Positions 36,408 through 46,263 of a stretch of 64,000 nucleotides of DNA are shown piece after piece (the first letter of the stretch is position 1; each line of letters opens with the position of its first letter). Below the pieces are notes generated by a model. It saw only the letters and a program-made list of their open reading frames with translations. It was not told the DNA's origin and did no database searches. Location of the stretch: positions 35,650 to 99,649 of the IMG/VR virus record IMGVR_UViG_3300037044_000228, one strand, 5' to 3'. Both the position numbers and the translations under genes were made by a program. This stretch comes from a virus.

Positions 36408-38351
36408 ATGAACCGCACTATCGTCAAGACCGGGCAGATCCCGATGGATACGGATCTCACGGGCGCCCAGCGGCAGACCTACGTCGCGATGGGGAAGCTG
36501 TTTGAGGCGGTGTTCGGGCAGGGGCCCATCGTGCGCGGATTGCCTTGCGTTCCCACGTCCCCGGCGTCCATGGCCGTGCTTGTCAACCCCGGTGAGATCT
36601 ACTCGCTCGCGCAGGTGGACGCGACCGCGATCGGATCGCTACCGGCGGATACGACTCACTCCATAGTGAAGCAGGGTCTCAATCTCGATCCGGTGACGCT
36701 TAGCTGCCCGGCGCCGCTCACACTCGGGCACTCGATCAACTATCTCGTGCAGGTTAAGTTCGAGAGCGCGGATACGACCAACGTCGTGCGCGGCTACTTC
36801 AACAGCGCGGCGCCGTCGATCCCGTGGACCGGTCCGGGCGGCGGTAATGCCGCGGATGCGACCGTTCGCGAGGACAAGTGTACGCTTGCCGTGAAAGCCG
36901 GCGTGTCTGCGGCGACGAACACGCAGACCACGCCCGCGCCAGATGCAGGATACATCGGCCTTTATGTGGTGACGGTCGCCACAGGGCAGACTTCGATTCT
37001 ACAGGGCAACATCGCACGGCTTAACGGCGCGCCGTTCGTGGACAACAGCCTTGCGGTGAACAATTTCGCCAGCGCATCGGCGATCCAGAGGCAGACCCAC
37101 ACTTACGCGGCCGACACTGGCGGCATCAATGCGTATGTGGTGACCCTCACGCCGGCGCCTACCGCATACACCGATGGCATGAAGTTCTCGTTCCGGCCGA
37201 TCAACACCAACACCGGCGACGCGACTGTGAACGTCAACGGACTCGGCGCAAAGCAGATCAAACGCAACACCGCGGCGGCGCTCGCCCCCAACGACATCTG
37301 GGCGGGCTCGTACACGACCGTGACGTATAGCGCGCTGCTCGACCAATTCCTGCTCGACGTCATCTCCGACAGTCAGATCGTACACCGCTTTGCGAACGAA
37401 ACGATCGACGGTGAGAAGCGATTTGTCGGGGGCGTGACGACGTTCGAGTCGACTTACACCACCCTGGCGTTCGTCGACACGAACGCGGCGCTCAATGAAA
37501 AGCGCTTCGTGATGGAGGTCTCGGGCGGACTTCTCAGCTGGTACACCCAAACCGACGACACTTCCAGCACGTCGCCGTTCATGCGCGTGGGGCGCACTGG
37601 CCTGACGCCTACGGAAGTGAACTTCCTTTCGACTACGCTCAAGCATGGCGGCAGCAATGTCCTGACTGTCGCCAATCTCGGTGGAACGTCCAATAACTTT
37701 ACGGTCCAGCAGACATTCTCAAACCCGAGCGGCGCCATTCTTGTCGCGGCCGATGGCGCGAGCTTCAACTACCCGGTGCGGTTGCGCAACAACCAGATCA
37801 ACGGCTCCGGCCAAGGATTGTCGCTCGTATGGCAGATGGGCACAGGCGGTTCGACGGTCGATGCGGCGTACCTTCACGCGATTTCCACGGCCGACTGGAC
37901 CATCTCTGGCAATCGATCGCTCGCGCTCGAGTTTCACACCTCCCAAGCAGGTTCGATCACAAAGCGCCTCATCATCGGCTCGCCGGCGGTGGAAGTGGTG
38001 AACGCGGATCTGCGCGTTCCCGTCACTCGGCCGTCGATCACCGACAACAGCGTGGCGCTGCTTCGTCTGGTGGCGGCGTCGATCACGACCGGCACGCCGA
38101 TCGCGACCGATAGCGGCAAGCGCATCAAGTGTTCGGGCGGCGTGACGATCCCGGTGAACACGTTCGCCGATGGCGACACGCTGGTGATCTATGGCAACGG
38201 CACCAGCCGCACGATCACGCAGGGGAGCGGCCTGACGCTCATTTGGGCCGACACCGGCGGCACCGGCAACCGCACACTCTCGGCATACGGCACCTGCGTC
38301 GTCACGTTCAATAGCGCGACGGAAGCGGTCATTTCGGGGAACCTGACATGA
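36408..38351 (+). CDS. tail fibre protein
   Basis: Baseplate-proximal N-terminus; YAADTGGINAY...NTGDATVNVNGLGAK; beta-rich C-terminus. Confidence 0.8.
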   Translation: MNRTIVKTGQIPMDTDLTGAQRQTYVAMGKLFEAVFGQGPIVRGLPCVPTSPASMAVLVNPGEIYSLAQVDATAIGSLPADTTHSIVKQGLNLDPVTLSCPAPLTLGHSINYLVQVKFESADTTNVVRGYFNSAAPSIPWTGPGGGNAADATVREDKCTLAVKAGVSAATNTQTTPAPDAGYIGLYVVTVATGQTSILQGNIARLNGAPFVDNSLAVNNFASASAIQRQTHTYAADTGGINAYVVTLTPAPTAYTDGMKFSFRPINTNTGDATVNVNGLGAKQIKRNTAAALAPNDIWAGSYTTVTYSALLDQFLLDVISDSQIVHRFANETIDGEKRFVGGVTTFESTYTTLAFVDTNAALNEKRFVMEVSGGLLSWYTQTDDTSSTSPFMRVGRTGLTPTEVNFLSTTLKHGGSNVLTVANLGGTSNNFTVQQTFSNPSGAILVAADGASFNYPVRLRNNQINGSGQGLSLVWQMGTGGSTVDAAYLHAISTADWTISGNRSLALEFHTSQAGSITKRLIIGSPAVEVVNADLRVPVTRPSITDNSVALLRLVAASITTGTPIATDSGKRIKCSGGVTIPVNTFADGDTLVIYGNGTSRTITQGSGLTLIWADTGGTGNRTLSAYGTCVVTFNSATEAVISGNLT

Positions 38352-39064
38352 GCGCTGTCCGCGCGGTTCTCTCCGCACTCAAGGCGTCAGCTGCTTCGGG
38401 TCTGGCGGCGATCACTGGCGTGGTGTGGGGCGACATCACAGCGACGTCGCCGGCGGCGAACAACACCAACGCCAACCAGACGATTACCTTCACCGGCGGC
38501 GGCTCGCGCACGCTGCAGGCGTCCTTCGCCATGATGGGGACTCTCGAGTATTCGAAGAACAGCGGGGCTTTCACGTCCATCGCCAACTTCGGCACTGTGA
38601 GCGTGGCGACTGGCGACACGTTGCGCTGGCGATACACGCCCAACGGCGCGGCTGACGAGCTCGCTGTCGTGAACATCCAGGACGTGACACGCGGGAGCGC
38701 GCTTGATTCTTTCAACGTGCAGGCGGTGGGTTACGCCGGCGCTTTCATCGGCGGCGGACCCATCGGCGTCGTCCAGGATCTCTACCCGTCGAACGGCTAT
38801 ACGCGATCCAATTCGTTGACCGTGCTGTCGTCGTTCACGCTGACCCTGTCGGCGGGTACGGGGTCGAAGTGGCTCGTCTCCATCAACGGCGGGGCGGGGC
38901 AGTCAGTGGCGGGCAGCTATGCGGTGAACGCGGGCGAGACCATCGCGCTTCTGTTCCGCAGCAGCGGCTACGGCGATGAAGACACGTGCGCACTCTTGCG
39001 CAACGGCGCGGCGTTTGACACGTGCTTCGGCCAGACCTTCGGGTATGACTACGGCCTACTTTAA
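38348..39064 (+). CDS. tail fibre-associated protein
   Basis: Beta-rich Gly/Thr/Ser ORF overlapping the fibre stop codon. Confidence 0.6.
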   Translation: MSAVRAVLSALKASAASGLAAITGVVWGDITATSPAANNTNANQTITFTGGGSRTLQASFAMMGTLEYSKNSGAFTSIANFGTVSVATGDTLRWRYTPNGAADELAVVNIQDVTRGSALDSFNVQAVGYAGAFIGGGPIGVVQDLYPSNGYTRSNSLTVLSSFTLTLSAGTGSKWLVSINGGAGQSVAGSYAVNAGETIALLFRSSGYGDEDTCALLRNGAAFDTCFGQTFGYDYGLL

Positions 39065-39449
39065 GCGGAGCGGACCCTTGCAAATCGAATGGAAGATCAC
39101 GGGCCTGAAAACGTCGGTCGTTCCGGCGCCGGGCACCGTTGTGGAAGCGTCGTACTCCGCGCGCATTTTCGATCCAGCGGATGAGGGCGCGGCCAGCGCA
39201 GAGATGCACGGGTCTGTGCCGATCGAGAAGCAACCCAAGCCACGCGTGCCGGTGGGGCCGCAGCCGGCTCCGGAGCCCGACGCGCCGTTCGTTGCGGTCG
39301 GCGACCTGACCGAAGCGATGGTGCTCGCGTGGCTATGGGAAGGGCCGGTCGGCAAGGAAGCGACCGAGACTGAGCTTCGCCGACGCGTCGGGGGGGCGGC
39401 GACGTCGTTGCCGTGGGCGCCGCCCGTCGAGGATCCATCGCCGGCGTAA
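39045..39449 (+). CDS. putative fibre assembly protein
   Basis: IEWKITGL...FVAVGDLTEAMVLAWL...LPW; start uncertain. Confidence 0.55.
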   Translation: MTTAYFKRSGPLQIEWKITGLKTSVVPAPGTVVEASYSARIFDPADEGAASAEMHGSVPIEKQPKPRVPVGPQPAPEPDAPFVAVGDLTEAMVLAWLWEGPVGKEATETELRRRVGGAATSLPWAPPVEDPSPA

Positions 39450-39482
39450 CTCCCGCGCGCCGACCGCGCGCTATCTTGGCGC

Positions 39483-39884
39483 ATGATTTTCCGCGTCATC
39501 TACCCTGGAGCCCTCGAACCCCTGCTCACCGAGCGGGCGGGTCGAGGGCTCTTTCGCGTTTGTGTGCCCTGCGTGTTCGCGATTGGCGACCGTCACATCG
39601 TCGTGCCGCGCGGCTTCATCACCGATGGCGCGAGCATCCCGCGCTGGGCGCGCTGGGCGATTGAAAGCTGGGGCAGGGTGGCGTTTGCGTCGATCCTTCA
39701 CGACTACATGCTCGAGCACACCAACGAAGAGAAGTGGCTCATCGACTGGTGCTTCTACGGCATGCTGCGAGCGTGCGGCGTCGGCGGATTGACTGCGGCC
39801 GCCATGTATCTGGCAGTGCGCACACGCTCGGCGGCGGCGCGCAAATCCCAAGTCGACGGGCTTGGCGCAAACTGCTTCGCATGA
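39483..39884 (+). CDS. DUF1353 family protein
   Basis: VPRGFITDGASIPR...ASILHDYM...MYLAVR. Confidence 0.85.
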   Translation: MIFRVIYPGALEPLLTERAGRGLFRVCVPCVFAIGDRHIVVPRGFITDGASIPRWARWAIESWGRVAFASILHDYMLEHTNEEKWLIDWCFYGMLRACGVGGLTAAAMYLAVRTRSAAARKSQVDGLGANCFA

Positions 39885-40315
39885 TCCAAGCTCTCCTGCA
39901 CGTCTTCACTTTCATTGTCGCCACGGTCGCTGTGCTGTGGACGCTCTACGCGTTCACCAGCGGCCAAAAGAACCCGGTCGCAGTCTGGCTGTCGCCGCTG
40001 CGCGCGGCGGTTGCGTGGCTCGTGGAGCGCTGGCGCGACGTCAACGGCCTGTTCGCGGCCAAGCGCGTGGCGACCTTCGCAGCGTTTGCGGGGGAGGCGG
40101 AACGGTTCACACCGCTCGATCGCGCGGGGATCTTGCTGCGCGGCGCGCCGCGCGTGGCGTTCGGCTTCGCGATCGTGGTGGCGGTGATCCAGCTGCTCGT
40201 CGTTCTGCCGACGCTCAAGGTCGAAGTGTCCGACGCGACGCTCGCGGCGCTTGTGGGGCTCGCGGGGCTCTATCTCGGCGCGCGCTCGATCGACAAGGCC
40301 AACGGCGTCTCGTGA
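39881..40315 (+). CDS. putative holin (multi-TM)
   Basis: Three hydrophobic segments, C-terminal YLGARSIDK; precedes the spanins. Confidence 0.55.
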   Translation: MIQALLHVFTFIVATVAVLWTLYAFTSGQKNPVAVWLSPLRAAVAWLVERWRDVNGLFAAKRVATFAAFAGEAERFTPLDRAGILLRGAPRVAFGFAIVVAVIQLLVVLPTLKVEVSDATLAALVGLAGLYLGARSIDKANGVS

Positions 40316-40725
40316 TGGGCGGCAGCTGGAAACTCTACGCGGCCGCTGCTGCAGCGCTCGTCATCATCACCGGCGTGATCGCCGTTGTTTCGGCGGTGCG
40401 TGACGCCGGCGGCGATGTCGAGGCGGCGCAAGGGCAGACCCGCGCGGCCAACGGCGCGGCCCGGGTGGCGATCGTGCGCGAGACCACTCAGGGCGCGGTG
40501 GCGGAAGAGACCGCGCGCCAGGCGACGCAGCAGGTGATCGTCGAACGCGTGGTGGTGACACAAATCCAGAAGGTGCGAGCGCATGTGGAATCGAAAACGC
40601 CTATTCCCGCTGATCTTGCTCGCGACTGGATCGCTGGGCTTGAGCGCGTGTGCGACAAAGGCCCAGCCGATGCCTGCCCGGTCGGCGGCGACGATCGATC
40701 TCAGCGAGACGCTCAAGACGAGTAA
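40315..40725 (+). CDS. putative i-spanin (Rz-like)
   Basis: N-terminal TM segment followed by helical region. Confidence 0.6.
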   Translation: MGGSWKLYAAAAAALVIITGVIAVVSAVRDAGGDVEAAQGQTRAANGAARVAIVRETTQGAVAEETARQATQQVIVERVVVTQIQKVRAHVESKTPIPADLARDWIAGLERVCDKGPADACPVGGDDRSQRDAQDE

Positions 40726-40948
40726 CTGCTTGCGGGGGACCATGCCTGTCGAAGACGGGCTTGATCTGGGGGACGTGATGGCGTTCGGCGCCGAGCAACT
40801 CGGGGGCCGGATCTGTGAGAGGGAGCGGGGCGATAGCCTCGTCTCCGTCGTGGCGAAGTTCAATGCCGCCCAGATCGACGCCGTCGCCGCCGCCGAGCGG
40901 GAGGCGCAGGCAGCGGAGCGCAAGCGCCGACGCTGGCGGCTCTGGTAG
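40583..40948 (+). CDS. putative o-spanin (Rz1-like lipoprotein)
   Basis: LGLSAC lipobox; overlaps the i-spanin in another frame. Confidence 0.6.
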   Translation: MWNRKRLFPLILLATGSLGLSACATKAQPMPARSAATIDLSETLKTSNCLRGTMPVEDGLDLGDVMAFGAEQLGGRICERERGDSLVSVVAKFNAAQIDAVAAAEREAQAAERKRRRWRLW

Positions 40949-41010
40949 CCCCGTAGGCGCGCAAGACGCCGATCGGCTGTATGGTGAGGCGCGACGCGCC
41001 CGACGAAACG

Positions 41011-41045
41011 AGAAGGGCCCCGGCTTCCCAGCCGGGGCCCTTTCT
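41011..41045. terminator. bidirectional intrinsic terminator
   Basis: AAGGGCCCCGGCT-tccc-AGCCGGGGCCCTTT between convergent operons. Confidence 0.85.
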
Positions 41046-41089
41046 GCGTTCGTGGGTCCGATGACGGGCCAGGCGCGGCCCAGGTCCCG

Positions 41090-41111
41090 CTAGATCCGGC
41101 GCTGGATCTAG
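41090..41111. repeat. 22-bp palindrome built from the dispersed CGCTGGATCTAG motif
   Basis: CTAGATCCGGCGCTGGATCTAG with one mismatch. Confidence 0.8.
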
Positions 41112-42115
41112 GCGCGGACCCGGATGCGGGTGTCGCCTTCGCCGCCGAGCGGTACGTCGCCGATCATATCTTTGAGGTCGAGAACGGACTGCTCGAGCGG
41201 GGTGGCGGCGAGATCGTCGCCTTCGGCGATGCGTTCGGCTTCGACCTGTGCATCGACGTGGGCGTAAAAGATCGCCCGGGCGCGGTGATAGGTCAGGTGG
41301 CAGGCGCGCATGGTCGGGCGGATCTGAGCGCCTTGCTCGAACATCTGGCGCGCCATTTCCTCACGGCGTTCCTGCGGCAGCTTGGCGACGTCAACGACGG
41401 CGCTCTGCTCGATCCCGACGGGGGCTGCGTCGGCCTGCGGGGGCAGGGCGCCGGCGCCGAGGCCGAGCGCGAGCATGCCCATCGCAGCGGCCTTGCCGCC
41501 ATCCATGACGCTGAACCCGCGCCGGGCGTCGGTCTCGGCGCGCACAAGCGATTCCTTGGCTTCGGTCTCACGGCGCACGCGCTCGTCTTCTTCCTTGGCT
41601 TCGTCCTTGTCGATCGACTCCCGGCCCGAGATGATCCAGTTCGACGACATCTTGCCCATGGCGACGAACACGGCGCACGCGACCACCAGCGCGCCCGGCG
41701 GCAGCGCCATTTCCGACATATCGGGCTTGGTCAGCACTTCCCAGCCGATGTGCACGCCCACGGCTCCCGTGAGAGCGAAGCCGACGGCGAAGAAGGTGGC
41801 GGGGATGGCGACGTGCAGATAGCGCCGGCCGTGCTTCCACGCGACCTGTGCGTGCGACGCCATGCAGTTTGCGGCGCCCATGGCGGATGCGCCGGCGAGC
41901 GCAAAGGCGGCGACGCAGACGGCTTTCAGGAAAGGTCCGGCGTTGAGGGTGGCGGGCAGGAAGTCCGAGCGCCACAGCAGCACGCCTGCAACCAGCATCG
42001 CCGCAACGGACCCGGTGAGGGCCCATGCGAAGAACTTCGACACTTCGTACTTGTTCACAACACGCTCCTTGGTTTGGGGCCAAGGGTCGGCGGTGTCGGT
42101 TAACGCGCGTTCCAT
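41108..42115 (-). CDS. multi-pass membrane protein with possible C-terminal HTH
   Basis: Four or more hydrophobic segments; start uncertain (possibly GTG near 42058). Confidence 0.7.
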   Translation of the reverse strand: MERALTDTADPWPQTKERVVNKYEVSKFFAWALTGSVAAMLVAGVLLWRSDFLPATLNAGPFLKAVCVAAFALAGASAMGAANCMASHAQVAWKHGRRYLHVAIPATFFAVGFALTGAVGVHIGWEVLTKPDMSEMALPPGALVVACAVFVAMGKMSSNWIISGRESIDKDEAKEEDERVRRETEAKESLVRAETDARRGFSVMDGGKAAAMGMLALGLGAGALPPQADAAPVGIEQSAVVDVAKLPQERREEMARQMFEQGAQIRPTMRACHLTYHRARAIFYAHVDAQVEAERIAEGDDLAATPLEQSVLDLKDMIGDVPLGGEGDTRIRVRA

Positions 42116-42136
42116 TAACTCCGGGCGCGCGTGCCC

Positions 42137-42170
42137 GAAAGAAAAAGCCCGGCGGTGGAAGCCGCCGGGC
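42137..42170 (-). terminator. putative intrinsic terminator
   Basis: GCCCGGCGG...CCGCCGGGC hairpin followed by a T-run on the minus strand. Confidence 0.6.
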
Positions 42171-42220
42171 CAAGTCTGGGATTAGGGAGGGTGTCTGTCC
42201 AAGGGAAGACGAGGGAGAGG

Positions 42221-43345
42221 TTAGCCCCGCGCACCGCGTTGGGGAGAGAGCGCGCGGAACACGTCCCCGAGCATGGCGCCCAGACCCTGACGACCGCCGG
42301 GCGGGAAGGACATGATCTGCGCCGTCCCGCCGCTCTTGGCCGCGTGGTACTTCGCGCGCGCTTCGGCGTTCTTGGCTTCACGCTTTTCGGCGTCCAGTTC
42401 GTCGGGGGATTTGGCCGGGATCTGGAACGCCGACGTCACGCCGATGATGAGCGCGAGGATCAGCGCGGCGAGCCCGATGTTCTCTGGCGAGCGGTGTGCG
42501 GTGATGACGTCGCCCTTCTGGACGGTGGGCAGGTATTTCGCGCGTTCGGCGAGGGCGTTGGCGCGACGTTGCGCGATTCCGGCGCGGCGTGCGGCGATTT
42601 CGACCTCGGCGAACTTGTACGGTTCGGAGACTGTTTTGGTATCGAGCAGCCGTGTGATTTCGGCATCGATTCCGCGCAGACGGCGTTGGGCTGCGGCGAT
42701 GGCGTCGGCTTGGGTGGCGGGGTCGGCGTTGGCGACGAAGGTGAAGGCGCGCGAGCGTTCCGCCGAGAGGCGGGCGCGTTCGGTCGTGCGTGCGGCGGCG
42801 TCTTCTTCGGACGCGGCTTGCGCGCGGCCGACGATGGCGGATTCGTCGATCGAGGCTTCGGCGACATCGAGGCTTGCGATGGCGGCGTCGGAGGCGGCGA
42901 TGCGCTTCTTGGCGAAGGCATAGTCGTCGGACGCGCGGTGCTGTGCGGCAGCCGCCTTGGCGTCGCCTTCCGCCAGTGCGCCCGACAGCTGGAAGCCCGA
43001 CCAGACGAGGCAACCGATGACGACGAAGAGCGGAATGAGCAGCGACGCGAACGCGCGACGGCTGGCGAGATAGCCGATCACGCGCAGGCCGAGCATGCCG
43101 GTGGTCGAGAAGACGATCGAGGCGACGAGGAACGCGCGTCCCCATTCTTCGGTCGCAGCGGCGGCGCGGGTGTGGTCGGCGATGACGTATTCGACGAAGC
43201 CGCCGGCGACGATGCCGATGACGCCGAGAATGAAGGCGGTCTTGATCGGGCGCTGGTGGCGCACGGGCGCAGAGGCGGGCGCTGCGGTTTTGGCCTTCGC
43301 CGGCGCGGGCGCCGGGGGCAGGTACATGGGGAGATCGGATTGCAT
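42221..43345 (-). CDS. membrane protein with coiled coil
   Basis: Three N-terminal TM segments, Ala-rich coil, one C-terminal TM; start MQSDLPM after AAGGA. Confidence 0.7.
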   Translation of the reverse strand: MQSDLPMYLPPAPAPAKAKTAAPASAPVRHQRPIKTAFILGVIGIVAGGFVEYVIADHTRAAAATEEWGRAFLVASIVFSTTGMLGLRVIGYLASRRAFASLLIPLFVVIGCLVWSGFQLSGALAEGDAKAAAAQHRASDDYAFAKKRIAASDAAIASLDVAEASIDESAIVGRAQAASEEDAAARTTERARLSAERSRAFTFVANADPATQADAIAAAQRRLRGIDAEITRLLDTKTVSEPYKFAEVEIAARRAGIAQRRANALAERAKYLPTVQKGDVITAHRSPENIGLAALILALIIGVTSAFQIPAKSPDELDAEKREAKNAEARAKYHAAKSGGTAQIMSFPPGGRQGLGAMLGDVFRALSPQRGARG

Positions 43346-43485
43346 TGTGGTGGTTCCTTCGTTGTGGTGGCGGTGCGGTGGGGTGAGGGCGATCGAGCGG
43401 AACGGTCTTGGTGAGGGTGAGATGTGCGGGTGGTGCGGGTGAAGGTTGAGCGGAACGAGCGCCGCATGGCGGTGCGGCGACTCCC

Positions 43486-43515
43486 AAACTAGGGCTATAC
43501 GCACACCTATGCAAG
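43486..43515 (-). promoter_or_regulatory. repeated promoter TTGCAT-N17-TAGTTT with GTATAGCCC box
   Basis: Same box and 17-bp spacing as four other copies. Confidence 0.75.
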
Positions 43516-43575
43516 CGCGAGAGGCGAGTCCGCGCATGATATTTTCGACAGGGTGATTGCGCCAATCTTAGCGCG

Positions 43576-43800
43576 TCATGGCGACGGCAACTGCGCCTTC
43601 ATCTGGCAGACGAACTGCACGTCCATGACGTGATGCGGTCCGCCATTGACGATCTCTGCTTGCGAGATGGTGAGCATGTGATCGCGAACGCTGCAGCGTT
43701 CGCAGGAGACCGCGAGCTCTTGGGCGCGCGTGGCGCGGTTCTCGGTCATTTCCGCGCTGGCGTGGCACCCGGCCTTGTCGGCGGACAGCTTGAACTTCAC
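43576..43800 (-). CDS. small hypothetical protein
   Basis: Packed between neighbours; GTG start inferred. Confidence 0.4.
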   Translation of the reverse strand: MKFKLSADKAGCHASAEMTENRATRAQELAVSCERCSVRDHMLTISQAEIVNGGPHHVMDVQFVCQMKAQLPSP

Positions 43801-43801
43801 G

Positions 43802-44050
43802 TCATTCTCCGAGCAGGATTTGCAGCGCGCGCTCGCCGGCATGGCGCGAGCACATGGGGCGACCGTCGATCTCGACGGAGCAGTAGAGCGCGCATCGCGC
43901 GGGATCCAGATTGCGCTTGGCGTACTGCGCCGCGCGCCATCCAGGGGCGCCGTGCGGATCGGCGACCGGCACGGAGCACTGGATGCAGCTGCTGACGTGC
44001 GGCACGCGGCGCGGGGCGATGCGGCGCGCGCGGGGCAGGGCGTCGGTCAT
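43802..44050 (-). CDS. small Cys-rich hypothetical protein
   Basis: Coupled to the upstream ORF. Confidence 0.5.
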   Translation of the reverse strand: MTDALPRARRIAPRRVPHVSSCIQCSVPVADPHGAPGWRAAQYAKRNLDPARCALYCSVEIDGRPMCSRHAGERALQILLGE

Positions 44051-44259
44051 GGCGTTTCTTTCAGGCCATCCAGGATGAAGAGGCGCGCGGCTTGCGCGAC
44101 GCTCACGCCCTTCTTCTTCGCCGCGTCGCGGAGCTCTTCGTATTCGTCTTCGAACAAGCGGACGGCGAACTGCAGCCGGGCGCCGGTCTTTGTGCCGGTC
44201 GGCGTTCCGCGCATGATCGGGGCATGGCCGAGCGGGCGACCGGTTGGGTTGGCGCTCAT
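44047..44259 (-). CDS. ribbon-helix-helix (CopG-like) protein
   Basis: QFAVRLFEDEYEELRDAAKKKGVSVAQAARLFI. Confidence 0.65.
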   Translation of the reverse strand: MSANPTGRPLGHAPIMRGTPTGTKTGARLQFAVRLFEDEYEELRDAAKKKGVSVAQAARLFILDGLKETP

Positions 44260-44486
44260 GGTGCGGCGTCCACGGCGAGCGAGGCCATGCGCCACTGTAT
44301 CGCCGGGCGCCCGTTGTTGTGGTTGCGACGCTCACAAATGACCTCGCCGCGTCCGCGCATGGCGTCCAGCATCGCCCACGTTTTCATCGGCGGCTGTTTC
44401 AACGCGAAGGAAAGCGCTTTGAGGGTCATCGGGCCGTCGCGAAGCAGGCGTGCGATATCGGCGGCAGGCGTGTTATCGGCGCTCAT
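44256..44486 (-). CDS. small winged-HTH-like protein
   Basis: LLRDGPMTLKAL...GRPAIQWR. Confidence 0.55.
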   Translation of the reverse strand: MSADNTPAADIARLLRDGPMTLKALSFALKQPPMKTWAMLDAMRGRGEVICERRNHNNGRPAIQWRMASLAVDAAP

Positions 44487-44761
44487 GGCGTGCGCGACCC
44501 GCCGCTGCCGAAGAGGATCGACATGCGGTCTTGCATCTCTGCGACGATCGCCTCTGCGCTGCGTGCGCCCGGGACGTAGGGCCAGAGGAACTGATGCGGC
44601 TCGGGGCGATAGAACCACGTCTTGTGGCATTTGCGGCACGCGCAGCCTGCGGGCGCGCCGGTCCAGTCGCGCGGCTCGTGCGTGCCGCCCATGACGCACG
44701 CGCGCGAGGCGATGAGGCGGCGCTCGTAGGCGTTGCCGCGTTCTTCGGGGGAGAGGCTCAT
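44483..44761 (-). CDS. small Cys/His-rich protein
   Basis: CVMGGTHE...CACRKC; ATGA coupling. Confidence 0.55.
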   Translation of the reverse strand: MSLSPEERGNAYERRLIASRACVMGGTHEPRDWTGAPAGCACRKCHKTWFYRPEPHQFLWPYVPGARSAEAIVAEMQDRMSILFGSGGSRTP

Positions 44762-44958
44762 GGCGTCGGCTTTTCGCAGTGGGCGGCAACTTCGACACGT
44801 CGAATGTTGGCCCCGTCATCGACTTTTAATCGTCCGTTCGACCAGTGCGCGAGGCCCGCGCTGAGGAGATCATCGCCCGCGACCTCGTAGGTGTGGCGCG
44901 CCACGGCGAGCGGGCGATTGTCGAATGTGGCTTGGTACATGATGCGCACGTCGCTCAT
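44758..44958 (-). CDS. hypothetical protein
   Basis: ATGA-coupled on both sides. Confidence 0.5.
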   Translation of the reverse strand: MSDVRIMYQATFDNRPLAVARHTYEVAGDDLLSAGLAHWSNGRLKVDDGANIRRVEVAAHCEKPTP

Positions 44959-45722
44959 TCCGCTTCCCCGAGCGTGGCGGCGGCGCCTTCGCTGAAGGCA
45001 TTGGCGGGGGAGGCGGCGCCGCCGATCCACTTGTATTCGGTCGCGCGCAAGGCAGGGTCGCTGGCCTCGTGCATCGCGATGAACGTCTCGGCATCGATCT
45101 TTCGCGCGAACCGCATCGCCTTGTTGGCGTCGGGCCAGAAGGTCGTGTTGCCGTATCCCGGCCCGAACTGGAGCCACTGCGGCGCGCCCAAATCGTTGCG
45201 CTCGATAAGCCAACCCGTCTCCGCTTCCCGTGCTTCTGCCGACACCCACTGCCGCCGCTTGATCTCCGACGCGGCGAGCGCTGCCGATAGGCGCGCGATC
45301 ATCGCGGCGCCGGCTTCCAGCTGCGTGGCGAGGCGATCGGGTCGACCTTCGACGACGGACTTGCGTTCGTCGTTGCTGCGCCGGATGGCGGCGCGGATGA
45401 GCATGGCTTCGGCGAGCTCGTGCGATTCCCGGCCGAGCGCGGCGACGTGATCGCCGATATCGCTGTCGAGCATCACTCCCAGGACTTCGGCGAGCCGGGG
45501 CAGGAGATCGGCGTACACCTGCACCAGCAGACCGAGCACGGCGGCGTCGACCGGCACATTGGCGCCCATATCGGCTTGCACACGCGCGCGCAGCTTCGCG
45601 ATCTCGTCTGGATCTATCTGCAGGAACATGGTCGTCGAGCCGTGGGCGTTGCGGACTTCGCCGCGGCGCGCTTCGGCGAGCAGGCGTTGGAGGGCGACGC
45701 TGTCGAGCGCAGGGGCGGGCAT
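44955..45722 (-). CDS. hypothetical protein
   Basis: GAGGA RBS; GWLIER...FWPDANKAMRFARKIDAE segment. Confidence 0.6.
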   Translation of the reverse strand: MPAPALDSVALQRLLAEARRGEVRNAHGSTTMFLQIDPDEIAKLRARVQADMGANVPVDAAVLGLLVQVYADLLPRLAEVLGVMLDSDIGDHVAALGRESHELAEAMLIRAAIRRSNDERKSVVEGRPDRLATQLEAGAAMIARLSAALAASEIKRRQWVSAEAREAETGWLIERNDLGAPQWLQFGPGYGNTTFWPDANKAMRFARKIDAETFIAMHEASDPALRATEYKWIGGAASPANAFSEGAAATLGEAE

Positions 45723-45826
45723 GGGAGATCCTCGGCGTGGTGGTGGCGTGGTGGCATGACAGGGTAGGCAAGTGCACGATCGCCGCATGGGGCTACGCAG
45801 CGATCGCGCGGTGCGTGTGAGCTACT

Positions 45827-46027
45827 TCATGGCGGGCCTCCCTTGCGCGAGGGAGCGGCGGGCGCGGCGCGCGCGGCCTGAGCGGCATAGTGGAGGTCGC
45901 GTCTGTGCTGCGCGCGACGATCATCTTCGCACAGGTGGCACCCATAGCCGAGATATGACGCATCGCTGTCGTGGATCGCATAGGCGGGCTCGCCGGAGCC
46001 GCAGCGACAGAGGAACGGCTTGCCCAT
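45827..46027 (-). CDS. small Zn-finger-like protein
   Basis: CRCGSG...CHLC. Confidence 0.55.
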   Translation of the reverse strand: MGKPFLCRCGSGEPAYAIHDSDASYLGYGCHLCEDDRRAQHRRDLHYAAQAARAAPAAPSRKGGPP

Positions 46028-46263
46028 CAGGCGGCGCTTTCAGCGGGCGCGTTGTCGATTTCGGTCTGCCATTCGTCGGCCCATTTCTTGAGGTCGATCG
46101 ATGCGGAATAGGCGTCGAGTGCGGGCGTCAGCGCTTCGAAGCGTGCGGCCTGCTCCGGGGTGAGCCGCTTGATGATGGCGTACATATCCTTGTCGGTCTG
46201 GCGCAGGCGGTCGGCGAGATCGTCGATCATGGCGACGGTGGTGGCGGGGCCGTGGTCGGTCAT
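46027..46263 (-). CDS. hypothetical protein
   Basis: Coupled 78-aa ORF. Confidence 0.55.
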   Translation of the reverse strand: MTDHGPATTVAMIDDLADRLRQTDKDMYAIIKRLTPEQAARFEALTPALDAYSASIDLKKWADEWQTEIDNAPAESAA

